Source of the DNA: Guillardia theta CCMP2712
Lineage: Eukaryota > Protista > Cryptophyta
NCBI RefSeq assembly: GCF_000315625.1
Contig: NW_005434669.1
Span: forward strand, 593,238 to 657,237
Length of the DNA: 64,000 bases
Direction of reading: 5' to 3'
Below are positions 50,565 to 62,385 of the stretch, piece by piece. The notes beneath the pieces were generated by a model. That model saw nothing but the letters and a program-made list of their open reading frames with translations, did not search any database and was not told the DNA's origin. How positions within the stretch are numbered: position 1 is the first letter of the stretch; every line of letters begins with the position of its first letter. The position numbers and the translations under genes were made by a program.

Positions 50565-53500
50565 GGGAACTGAACTCTGAGACCCTCAGCTTGAAGGTTT
50601 AGGGTGGTAGGGGGTCCGTAGTACATATGGGGTTGTCCCTGAACAGTATCTTTGTAACTTCAAATTCAAGTATTTCTTCTCGATTGCTGTTCTGATTATT
50701 TCGAATATTGAAGAATAATTTGGATTACTCATCACCAAATCTTGTCGCTTACGCCCCAACTTGACCATCTGCCGCCATGCAACACTTCACCCCTCCATCT
50801 CCCTACGACCACCCCACCTTTTCAGAGAACTTTACCCACCTTCGCTGTTCAAAGCCACGATCCGGTACCCCTCCACTGGCTACCCTACCCCTGTCTCCTG
50901 GTCGCTTTTTCCCCCGACTCCAGACTTCCTCCATGGCGAAGTCGCAAGAACGGTGGACCGCAGTAGGCGACAGCCGCATGCTCGCACCATCTTGCTCCCT
51001 CGAACCTGACAGGACAGATACTAGCCTCTAACAGCCCCCTACTCTCCTTACCCGCCCTCCCCTCCATAGCCCCCCTCCTTCCTCCGCCTCGTCAAGATGC
51101 TCGTGCAGTATGCTGCTGGGCAGTGATCGAGAGGGTTTTCTTGACCATACATGAGTGGATCGCGAGCTCTTGCCTAGTCACATGGGGCTCTCACTGTCTG
51201 CTCTCCTCTCACGGGACCGTGGCACTCGACGCAGGGACACGCCTCTCCCAAGACGAGGCAGTTCAGCGCAAGGTGACAGCTTCGATTCAGGAATGGTGGA
51301 GGAGACCTGGTCACTTGACTCTGGCTCGACGAGTTTCGAGGAGCGGTCGAGGTATCATGACTTAGAGTGGTCGAGCTGCTCCGTCTTGCGCTATTCGCTG
51401 CTTCCTGCACTGGCTGATGGGGTAGAACGCGAGATGGAGAATTTGCTGCATTGCCGAGTGAGCACGCGTTGTTGGAGCTGTAAGGCAAGGTCGTGGATGC
51501 GTTTTGACCCCACTGATGTTTCTTCTTGCAGCACAAGGAGACAAGATCCATAACGAGAGCGTTGATGGGTGGGCTCGTGCTCGCTGTCTGCTTCTTGGTT
51601 GCCATATGTCTGTATCAATCGTTTCCTTGCAAGGAAGAATGCGTGATATCCGTCTTGATCATCCGGCACGGCGAGAAGCCTTTGAACGCGTCAAACTCAA
51701 GACTCAGCCCTCTTGGAAGGGCTCGAGCTGCATACCTAGCTCGATGCGCATCAGGGAGAACGAGGGCACTAGCTCGCGGCCCTCCGACGATGCTGCTTGC
51801 TGCCAAAGCAAACATGAGCAACGGTAGCTCGTTCAGGTCCCATGACACCCTCGTCCCTCTCTCGGAGAGCCTTGGAGTACCTCTGTACAGCAACGTGAGC
51901 AAGGACGACTTGAACGGCTTCCTGGAGCTGGTGCTCTCAGCTCACTGTGGGGATACGATCTTGGTCGCCTGGGAGCACTTTACGATTCCTCTCCTTGTCC
52001 AGGCGCTGGGCGTGCCGGAAGATCCTTACTTCTCTCAGTGGCCGAAGACTTGCAACTCGCTCTACTTTCAAGAACCGAGGCACCTGGAGGCCGACAGCAG
52101 CTGCTACGATCTGATATGGCGCATCTCCCTTGATTTGAGAAACTCAAGTGATGGACCCTCGAGAACTGCCTCACGCGTGACGGAGTTTCATCAAGGTAGG
52201 CGGAGGGTGTGAGCAAGGAGAGACAAGTTGTTTCATCTAACAAGATGTGACAGGTTTCGGCGGGCGGGAGGGCAGCGACTGTGCTCAAGATCTAGATGTA
52301 AATTATTGAAACGACTTGAACATGTAAATAGAATTCGTGCAAAACATGGTCTCTGCGAATCTGCTCTCAACTGCAACTGCCTTCTAATCCTATCTTTGCC
52401 ATCAGACAAGATTTCCTTCCATGCCCTAGTCCACCGGGACATCCTTTTTTTTTTCAATAAGCTGCCCTCTCTCCCCCTTCAGTCGTATGAAGGTCCCTCC
52501 TCCTCCTCTACCCTCCTCATCGCCTCCCGCACTTCCCCCAGCCTCTCCCTCCCTTCCTTGCTTACCGCCAGAAGCCCGTTCAGGTTCGAGTACGCCTTCA
52601 CCTCCCTCGCCTCCATCGCCTTCCTCCTCTCCCCTCCTTCCCCCCACTCCCGCGCGTTGTATGCCGTCAGCTCCGCAAGCCCCTTCACAAAGTCCGCGTT
52701 CTTCTCTCCCTTCACGTACGTGTACGGCACAAGCTTCTCCTCCTCCAGATACCGATCCAGTCGGCATAGAAGCCCCCCGTACGCCTCGATCACTGCCTGT
52801 GCCGCGCATGTATCCCACCGGCTCACTCCCCTGTCTTGAATGTACATCCCGCCCTTCCCCTCCAGCAGCATCAGCATCTTGTTCCCAGCTCCCCCCGAGC
52901 TCACTCGCTCCTCCTTCAGCTCTCCCATCAGCTTCTCCACAAACCCTGAGATCTTCCCGTTGGTTGTCAGGAAGCCTCTTCCCCCTCCCTCCTTCCTATC
53001 CAGCCGCCCTACCGCCGTCCCCTCCGACCTCGCCCCTCCTCCCCAGGTGCATGCCTCTACCGCCCGCTCCTCCTCCCAGCTCGTCTCCCACCCATCTGGG
53101 ATCGGGCGGTACACCAGCCCCGCCACCGCCTGCCCCCCTCCGTCCGAGAAGCCGATGCAGATGCTGCACTGCTCTCCCTTCTTCGTCGAGAACTCTCGCG
53201 TCCCGTCGATCGGGTCGATGAACACCGTCAGGTCCTGGTACCCCCCGTCCTCCAGCTCTCGCCCCAGCTCCTGCATCCCTCTCCGGCTCCTCTCGATGAT
53301 CCTCTCGTGCTGCTCCGGTACGCACAGCGATCCTACCGTCATCGGCCTCCTGTCCAGCCTCACCTGCGCACTGTCTTCCTCCCCCACGATCGTCTTCACC
53401 TTGCCCTCGAACAGCTCGCTCAGCAGCTCCTGCACGAGACCGTCTGCGATGGTGAAGGCGCTCTTATCTTGTTTCACGGTAGCTGTTTGCTCGTCGATGG

Positions 53501-53579
53501 AGCTGTAGATGGATCGCACGAGAGTGCCCAACTGGTCGCAAGCTCGCTTGCTGATGTGGACGAGCTTCGTCAGCCTTCC
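49464..53579. repeat. Large inverted repeat: arms 49464-50564 and 52479-53579 (about 1.1 kb, >99% identical), about 1.9-kb spacer
   Basis: The arms are reverse complements from GGAAGGCTGACG to the TGA stop; six nucleotide differences found by eye. Confidence 0.95.
51097..52309 (+). CDS. Histidine phosphatase superfamily (phosphoglycerate-mutase-like) protein with type II membrane anchor; 5' exons uncertain
   Basis: TM LMGGLVLAVCFLVAICLY, catalytic LIIRHGEKP, LSPLGRARA, RSHDTLVPL, ILVAWEH, YDLIW; last exon GFGGREGSDCAQDLDVNY*. Confidence 0.82.
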
Positions 53580-55305
53580 GGCAGTAGGTTTTTGGTACCA
53601 CATCTCAGAAATCTTTGCGGCGCTTGATGACTCTTCGATTGTCGAAGAAGCTTTCATCTCATAGGTTGTAAGCGGCCTATTCTGAAATGTAAGCAGACAC
53701 TGTTGGAGTAACGCCTCGTCTCGTTTGCTTATTTCAGAGCCACTTCTATCGAAGCTCACGTCACGTGAACCTGGCTGAAAAGAAGATGAGAAGGAGACTT
53801 GAGGATGATGAGGTCAAGATTAGATGTTGATTACTTGTCCTTGAAACACGCCTGCTTACCTCGTGCGTGAACTTGTAGAATGGAAGCCATTCCGAGGCGA
53901 ACAAGTCATCACTCTGCACTCTCCTCATAACGTTTTCAACGTAATCGGCGTATTCCTTCGGACCTTCAGATCTTGCCGTTACAAGAAATATCAAAGACCT
54001 TAACGTCGGTCGCAATCCATAAAATCCCTCCAGGCTTCAAGCATTTGTGCATGTGATATAAAATCTAGATGCCCAGCGTGAGTAGATCAAATGAAGAATA
54101 GAGACCCCACATTGCTTCGGATGATCCTTCGGGAGATATCCTTTTTCGATGGCCAAGGATCTGGAAAGAACACCCAGATCTGAACGTAAAGAGAGCTTCA
54201 GCCGACTCAAGTCGGGGACGAGACCTCAAGCTCAACCTGATCTAGCGAGGCTTGCGGCACATGCTCGCTGAGCAGTCGGGATGCATCTCCGCGCACAACC
54301 TTCACGTTTTCAAGGTTTTTCTTCGGAGTTGAGTCAAAGAAAGGATCAACATGGATTCATCACACCTTATCGAGTTCAGCCAGGCAGTGTGCAATGCTAG
54401 TCTTATGAATCTCCACGCCCAAGAAGTTTGTCTGCGACATGTAACGCTATGGCTCAGGTCTCTTCAGATGGTCGCACTTGCGGAAACGTCAGCGACATCT
54501 CTCTGAGACTTTCGCCTCTCCCGAAGCCCAACTCCAAGACCTGTCAGGCGTTAGACTCCTGCAAGCATCCCTCCCGTCAGCTGCGTGACTTGCCGTGGGC
54601 TGACTAGAGTTTGCAAAGAGCCAGCTGAAGTCAAGCTGCTTGCCTGTAGCAAGTTAAGCGGCTCATCGAATTCGATCGTCTGATGACAACCGTGCTGGAG
54701 GTCTGCTCCAAACTTGCCCCAGAGGCTTCTGAGTATCCGTCGCTGAGCCGGAGTGATCACTTGCTGTGCCATGGTACTCAGACAAGCCAGACCATATGAT
54801 GGGAAGCACCTGTCGTTTCTTGTACCATGCTCGCGACAACGGTGACTCCTCTTCCCTCTGCCGCCGCTGCAGCCGCTGCGAACTGCGTCATCCACAGAAG
54901 ACTATTGACCCTCGACGAAACCTTGCAGGCATCGGACAAGCTCTCCTCCTGGTTAGAGTTCGAAGGGAACAATCGAGGAGCTATGCTGTCGAACGCGTTT
55001 TGACCATGCTTACGGAGGCCAGGGAGAGCAGCGGCAGTCGAGAACGAATTCGGACTTTGCCGTCGGATCTCTCCAAACCAGGGAGTCTCCGCGAAACAGC
55101 ATGTAGTCCGGCTCAACAATCCTCTTCCTACGCAGTCAACTCGAGACAAGAACCTTGAGGGAGCGAGTCTCCCGTGGCAGCCTCCAAGGAACGAGCACAG
55201 ACCGATTATCCCAACCTTGCACAACGTCATCCTCTCCCATCCATGACGATAGCTTCCTTCTCCTATGCTCCTGGTCCCCAGCCCGCACTTGACGAAGGCT
55301 TCCAT
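52479..55305 (-). CDS. trmB: Fusion gene: bacterial-type tRNA (guanine-N7)-methyltransferase TrmB (intron-rich) plus C-terminal BPNT1-like phosphatase (intronless)
   Basis: Spliced TrmB: ITPAQRRILRSLWGKFG../VLELGFGRGESL../TNFLGVEIH../NVKVVRGDA../IWVFFPDPWPSKKDISRRII../LKPGGILWIATDVK/EYADY../..RPLTTYEMKA..ISEMWYQK. It continues with no stop or intron via PTA into GRLTKLVHISK.. within ORF 52479-53759. Confidence 0.82.
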
Positions 55306-55310
55306 CTTGA

Positions 55311-55365
55311 ATCCTCCTCCTCCTCCTCCTCCTCCTCCTCCTCCTCCTCCTCCTCCTCCTCCTCC
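55311..55365. repeat. (CCT)n microsatellite immediately 5' of the trmB start
   Basis: Directly visible. Confidence 0.95.
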
Positions 55366-56086
55366 TTCCATCGGGCAAAAGTACCGGCCTACCCCCTCAC
55401 CCCCCACCCCCACCCCTCAAAGTTTCCGAGGGACCCCACCTATCCTTCTCCCTTTTTATGTTGCAATCGTACCCCCCCTCAGTTGCACGTGCAATGTAGT
55501 AGAACTGCGCACATGCTCTGAGTTGAAGAGGACGAGGACGAGGACGAGGACGACTGAAGCGTAAGTGTGCTCGAGCTCCGGCCATGCTCGAGCTCCGACC
55601 GATCACAGAGGACATGAAGGAATCTTGTCTGATTGCTGCGCTACCTCGTTGAAGTTGAAGTGCGAATTCCTGGAATGGAGCCCTTGCTGTGCATCCAAGA
55701 ACAGATTCACCTTCATAACAACAGGTACATGCTGAAAGCGAGATGAGATTCCATGTTCTGAACGAAGATTCCTATGATGTTTGGAAATACAATGATAGGA
55801 AGAGTCTGATCTTTTCGTGAAGTCACAATGTTGTTTCCTTGAGGAATTTTTCTTTCTATGCCTTGTTGACTTTTCAAGTAACACTTCAAGAATGACATTG
55901 TTTTCAGGTTTTACAGTTGAGTGTATATCATGTTATTATGGAAAAGTCATAAGTATGTTTTATGTGTCGAAGTTTAAAGGCTTTCATTAAATACGACAAG
56001 TAATCAACGAATGTTTCTCTGTCGACTGCATTGTTAGTTTAGTCTATCCCCAGCTCAAGACTCTCTCAACTCTCTGTACATAATAT

Positions 56087-58221
56087 CTAATCTATCTTGA
56101 TTGAAGAATAAATCTTGCGAACAAACGCAAAACAGCTGGCGAATCCTACGAATCCACAGAGTACAAACATGGCGTAGCACAAGATGAACAAGTAACTGAA
56201 GTGCCGAGTCAGACGAAACACAACAACAAACCATGGATTACCCGAAGAAGATGCAGGTAGCCATGAGATCGAAGACAGTCGCCGGATGAGATCTTGAGAA
56301 GTAATGAAAGCTTCCGTAGAGAAACAAGTACACCGCAGTCGTTCCTGCTGTGCAGAACGAGCGCCACCACCACCTGCAGCACACAAAACAATCACTCCAG
56401 ATGACCTGCAGGAGCCTCGTCATACCGATAGTCCTCCGCACAGAGCTGGAGATAGCACAAGACAATCGCGATCTCAACACAGGTGACGATGAGGATCAAG
56501 AAGACTACAGCCAGGAAACCGAAAACGTAGTAGAACCTGTGCTGCCAGATGGAGGACAAGATGAAGAACATCTCGACGAAGACAGCTCCAAACGGCAAGA
56601 GACCCCCAGCCATCGCTGAAACCCACGGCGACATGTACCACATCTGAGGCGGAATCTGTCTCGGAATGGCGCTAACTGAGCAAGGCACGGAGAAAGCATC
56701 TTTCCTGAATCCGAGGTAGGCCCCGAAGAAGATGAGAGGAAGCGAAATGCCAAACCACAACAACATAAGCACGATCAAGGTTCCGAACGGAACCGCTGTC
56801 GATGATTGCTTGAACCAGGCAACCAAATTTACAAGGAAGAAAACCAAGAAGCAAACTCCTGGGAAAAGCAAAGCTGTCATCAAGGTTGCTTTGAAGTGAT
56901 TTGGCTCCTTCACGAATTTGCAAAACCTTGCAGAGACATAGCCAGCCGGAACTCCCATCAAGACGTAGAAGAACAAGACTGCAGAAAGGAGGGAACCACG
57001 ATTTGCCGGAGAAAGGAAACCCAAGGCAGCGAAGAGCAGCGTCAGGATAGACATGATCAAAAGCTGCACACCCGTTCCTGCACACACTGAAAGCAACGTT
57101 GCATGTGAAGGAGGACGAAACACATCATTGTAAACAAGCTTCCAGCCCGTTTCTTCCCTCATCTCACGGTTCGCCTCATACTTGTCCTCGGCGCTCAGAG
57201 CACTTTCATTGTATCGGGCAAAATCCTTTCGGAGAATGCGGGTCATGATGAGACCCACGATGCCAGTCAAGAACATGAGGATGACGAGGGAGTTGACGAT
57301 GGAGAACCAATGGATCTTGTCGTCCGTCATCTGCAAGTAGACGTCCCAGCGTGACGCCCATTTGATGTTGGTACGTTCCCAGATGACGTCATACGTCCAG
57401 ATGACCTCGCCGCCTTCCTCCGCATTGATCACTTGCGGGACGTGCGGTTGGAATTGACCGTTAGGAGGCTGGACACAGGTGGCGAGCTTGACGTAGGGCA
57501 CCTCAGTCTCGTCCCACTTGCCCGTGTAGTGATGCTGGATCGAGAAAGGAACAACTTGAAACCCGATGATGAAGTTGCCGTTGTCTTCGGAGTGGCTTGA
57601 ATGAGCCTCATCAGACGAGTCGACTGGGTGATACAGGATCTTGAATCTGAGGTGATTGTTGAGCACAAACTGATCCGCGTTGGACGTGGGGTTATCCTTC
57701 TCTGCTTCACTGGTCTCAAGCTTTCCACCTAAGGGATAGCCGAGGTTGTAAGTTTCAACGGGATCATCTGGTTTGTCCTCATAGGCAAATGTCTGCATTT
57801 CGGCCAGTGGGAGGGAATCCAAACGCATGTTCACTCTGTAGTCCAAGATTGCAAAATCCTGAAACTCCTCCATTTCCTGGGGTGTGTACCTCTTTCTGCA
57901 CAAGGTTTTGCAGTACTCAGTGACCTTCATCTTTGCCTGAAACGCACTCGTATGAGCTCTTTCTCCCGTCAATGCTTCTCCCAGGTTTTCAGGAATGTCT
58001 CTGACCCTCTTCGGCGCACAGAAAGGGAGTTGGTAATAGTCGAACTGGAGGGGGGTTTCTGTTGAAACAAGAGTCTGAACCTTGATGTTCACCGGCTCTC
58101 CGTTCTTAAAGGCACGAGGAGCAACACCAGGCAGGTAGAACCCAGACGACATGTGTACCTCGCTCAGAAGCATCGCCAGCGCCAGCGCCATCGCTCGCTT
58201 CAGCCCTGTCGGTGCCGCCAT
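56087..58221 (-). CDS. Transmembrane 9 superfamily protein (EMP70/nonaspanin, TM9SF2/4-type), 3 exons
   Basis: Signal peptide then FYLPGVAP, ENLGEAL, WASRWDVYL, IHWFSIVNS, EETGWKLVYNDVFRPP, GGLLPFGAVFVE, EDYR/WWWRSF; C-terminal KID (KxD/E Golgi-retention motif). Confidence 0.96.
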
Positions 58222-58913
58222 CACGCTGCCAGCTGCTGACTCACCTCTTCGGTTACAGTGCCGCTAACCTGACCGTTACTGGCATCAGTCCGATCGGCCC
58301 GGCCAGTCACCAGTGGCGGACCGGACCGTGACCTGACTTGAAAAACATCGGGCCCGCCCGCCGCCGCCGCCGCCGCCGCCGCCGGGCCCGGCCTGAACTG
58401 AACCGTGCCACGGTGAACCTTGCTTTACTCAAAGTTAAGTTAAAAATCAGTACGAGGACAATAATGAGAGTCGACTGAGGACTCAGGCCGCTGGGCCTGA
58501 CACTGTCGCACAGGCCAAACGGCGAGAAAAGAAAGACAGCGAGAACCAAACCCAATCCTGCCGACTGCTGTCCCCCAAACTTAAGTGATACGTGAACGGT
58601 CACAGTGGCCGCTGGGGGGGGGGGGGCGGGCACACGCGGCGGCGGCAGGCCGGGCTGCTGGGGCCCGGCCAGGCCCACCACTGAGACGGGCTCAGCCGCG
58701 GCCTTATCTTCAAGCCTCCGCCGAGGCTCCGAGGCTGAACAGGCCGCCGCCCGGAGTCCCCCGGACTCGGGCCCGGGGGGCTCCGACCGCCTCAGTGCGG
58801 CCCGGCCACCGGCACCGACAGTGATGAGTGACGTGATGACTCGGTGAGATGATGAATGATGACAGACCTTGTCAAGACGAACCTGTTTTGGTTTGTTTGA
58901 ACGAAACTTGAAA

Positions 58914-60342
58914 ATGACGAGAGCGAAGATGGCGATAGACCCGCGGGAGCTGGTGAGCTGCTGACAGTTACTGGAATCAGTGAATGAGAGACGCAGGACG
59001 GAGTAGAGGTGATGGTGATGGAGGTGAAAGAGGTAGGGAATGTACAATAGGTAATGTGTGGTAGCCGCGGCGACTATTGGGGGATGAAATTGATCTACAA
59101 GAATGACAGCAAGGAGAGATTAATGAATCATGGTGAACAATTGGGAGATAATCACCACCATTCAGATGAGGATGCAGAAGATTTCATGGAAATGGTTGGG
59201 TCTGATCCAGTTTGGAGTTGGTGATTGTTTTGATCAGGTGGAGGCACTGGCGGGCAAGGAAGCGTCGCACTCCATATCACGCATACTGAAGCACGCAGCT
59301 GAACGACATGGCAGGCACGTTGCGAGGCTTCATGACGAGGTCAGCACCTTGGCCGCATCGCTGCTCATTTCGAGGAGACACAACGAGAGCCTGAAGAGAT
59401 CATTCCTTGCGATCATAAGCGCCTTGCTGGACATCGTTGCTGCCACTGCTCAAGTCATCCGAGATGTAAGCACGGAAATTGATCCATCTTCAAACAATGC
59501 TCAGAATTCAGTTCCGCGCGGCATGTGCATGTCCTGCCGCGCAGGAGCGTATCGTGAAGAGATGCTATTAGAGAAGATTGCACAATTACAAGCAGCAAGT
59601 GAGTTGCATGAAAGCGAAATTGCGGTACAAATGTCTTGCCTTCAGGATCTGTGGGATCAGACACAAACGCATGATGAAAGATTTGTTTCTTCGTCCATTT
59701 CGACGCCAGCCGATACCGTATCACATGGAAACTTGAATAGACAGGACCACTTATCAAGATGCGAAAATGATTCTTACAACCGAGTTTCACATTCCAACGA
59801 GCGAAGTCATGAAGTAACCAAAGATAGAAAACTGTCTGATCTTGATGAGATGCTGTCCAATCAGTGTCCGGATGCCTCTGCTGTGTCTTACAAGATTTCT
59901 GCAAGCAAGATTTCTATCTTCGAGGAGCTGATCTCACCAATGAAAGAAGAAGCAGATCGCTCACACATGAAAGAAACTAAGCAGGAATTGTCTGTGGACG
60001 TCGGAAGATCTCCCCTCAGATCTTCCATGTTACAACAAGGGGGTGCGAGTGGCAGGGTTATGCAGCGGAGCTCCAGCATCAGGCTGATACCACTTGAGGG
60101 TCTGTGACTGTTTGCTCGTGTCCCGCAATCTCATCACTGACAAGTTGCCAGATGAATCGGCAGCGGCATGGTCAGTGACGACAGGGCATGACGAGACGAA
60201 GCGCGGCTCGTCACGCACGTCCTCGTGGGCAAACATGGATCAAGTAGAGAATCAACTGGCTATCATCTTCTCTACGTCCCAGGCTGTTCTCGAAGCTTCA
60301 ATCCACAGCGGCGAGAATGAACCAACATTCCAACACAGCTGA
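58914..60342 (+). CDS. Hypothetical coiled-coil protein, multi-exon
   Basis: MTRAKMAIDPREL splices in phase into the 59130-60107 frame at VEALAGKE; helical charged sequence; no family recognised. Confidence 0.5.
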
Positions 60343-60375
60343 CATGATCCATAACCAACAATCATTCACCCAAAA

Positions 60376-61245
60376 TCATAAATACACAAGTGAGTACATA
60401 AAAGATCGCTTAGAATTCTTTTCAAATTTTGATAGGACTTCCATAATCTCACTTTCCAAGTCCGCCGCAGATTCCAACTGCGCAAAGCAAAACAATCAAA
60501 CTCATGCGCGTGGCAAGGATTGTGTACCATTCTACAGAGCTGGCAAGTGTCTTGCGCAGCAATCACAGCTTCTTCATGTTTGTCAATAGTCTCGAGGTTG
60601 ATAACATGCATTGCCCTCATATTCTCACTTTCTCGTCCTTGCAAGTCTGCCATGAAATAAGATTGATAGAAAAAAGGTTAATTCGAGGGCAACAGTAATC
60701 GTTGCTAAAGAGCACCTTGCAGAACTGCGTCGAATACTCGCTCTTCGTAGGTCAGAACGACGTCAAGCTTTCGGTTTTGATCCATGTCCTGGGCTCTACT
60801 TAAAAACGTGGTCCAGCTTCAGTGTCACTGAAATACCTGCCACCGCTCGGGCGCTCGTTTTACATTGACGTTTCTTTGAAGCATTGCGATCAGACCGTTG
60901 TTTCTATACAGGTTTTCATCCTTTCTTTGCAAATCAACCAATATTTCAGCATAGGGCGTTCCAAACTCGTATACATTAGGCTTGTCCTTTTCATGACATT
61001 GCGTTAGCCTCTTATCAACCAAACTCCTGTGTTCGTTACCTGGGAAGGCCCAGGGAGACGCACATTTGTTCCTGTTCCGAAGGATGTGACATTAAAACCT
61101 GAATGAAGCAACTGTTTGTGCGCCTCCATACTCCTAGAAGGGCAGTGATTCTCACAGAGTGGGAAGGAACATCTCTGCTTCGTCACCTGTTCATGTTCGA
61201 TGAACATACCGTCGCGAAGTTCAAACGTTTTTTTTCAGCGACCAT
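60376..61245 (-). CDS. SSU72: RNA polymerase II CTD phosphatase Ssu72
   Basis: [25 protein letters not shown] (CX5R), [56 protein letters not shown]; ends YSLVYL*. Confidence 0.93.
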
Positions 61246-61703
61246 CCTTCCGCGAAGAACCTGACGCTAACACCGGGTACATCAGAGGAAGCGACCCAGA
61301 GTGATGTGGGTGAAGCCGTCGTTAATGCATTCAAACAGATCAGAACCGCACGGACAACATTCGGGCAATAAATTGATCAGAGGGACGCTCGTCATGGGAA
61401 GAACAAGTCGAAGACACAAGGATGCGTCCAGACAAGACAGCACTCTTTCAAGCTTCATAAATCAAGAAAGGAAAACAAGCGGAAACACTTAAAATGTCTT
61501 TCTAACAATGATTCTTCTGGATCAACATTGCTCTTTCTACTCTTATCGTTTGAATGTCATCTCATCTCTGACCAACGAGTCGCTGATAGCGCACACCATC
61601 ACAAGTTCCTCATGGAGTCCTCTGTCCTCTCTCAATCGCTCTCGGGCCGTTCCCTGTCATTTCCCTCTCCTCTGATTCACAACATGCCTCCTGCCATCTC
61701 AGA

Positions 61704-62385
61704 CTCTCTTCTCTTGACGTCTCTTCTCTTCTCTTGACGTCTCGTCTCTTCTCCTCTCTTGACGTCCCTTCTCTTCTCTTCTCTTCTCTTCTCGTGACGT
61801 CTCTTCTCTTCTCCTCTCCTCTCTTCTCCTCTCCTCTCCTCTCCTCTCCTCTCCTCTCTTCTCTTGACGTCTCTTCTCTTCTCCTCTCCTCTCCTCTCCT
61901 CTCTTCTCCTCTCTTCTCTTCTCTTCTCTTGACGTCTCTTCTCTTCTCTTGACGTCTCTTCTCTTCTCTTCTCTTCTCTTCTCCTCTCCTCTCCTCTCTT
62001 CTCTTCTCTTCTCTTGACGTCTCTTCTCTTCTCTTGACGTCTCTTCTCTTCTCTTGGCGTCTCTTCTCCTCTCCTCTCCTCTCCTCTCTTCTCCTCTCCT
62101 CTCCTCTCTTCTCTCCTCTCCTCTCTTCTCCTCTCTTCTCTTCTCTTCTCTTGACTTCTCTTCTCGTCTCTTCTCTTCTCTTGACGTCTCTTCTCTTCCC
62201 TTGACGCCTCCTCTGTTCTGTTCTGTTCTGTTCTGTTCTGTTCTGTTCTGTTCTGTTCTGTTCTGTTCTGTTCTCTGCTCTGCTCTGCTCTTCTCTTCTC
62301 TTCTCTTCTCTTCTCTTCTCTGCTCTTCTCTGCTCTGCTCTTCTCTTCTCTTCTCTTGACTTCTCTTCTCTTCTTCTCTTCTTGC
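61704..62385. repeat. About 680-bp polypyrimidine pentanucleotide satellite (CTCTT/CTCCT/CTGTT) with interspersed GACGT units
   Basis: Directly visible. Confidence 0.95.

Noticed and set aside
49535-53508. Long Pro/Ser-rich ORFs opposite both phosphatase copies
   Set aside because: Shadow frames caused by the very G/A-rich coding strand; no independent coding signal.
49464-53579. Composite-transposon interpretation of the inverted repeat
   Set aside because: The arms encode a phosphatase, not a transposase, and no target-site duplication is evident.
58307-59047. 246-aa minus-strand ORF
   Set aside because: Low-complexity translation of a GC-rich promoter-like island with a (CCG)n tract.
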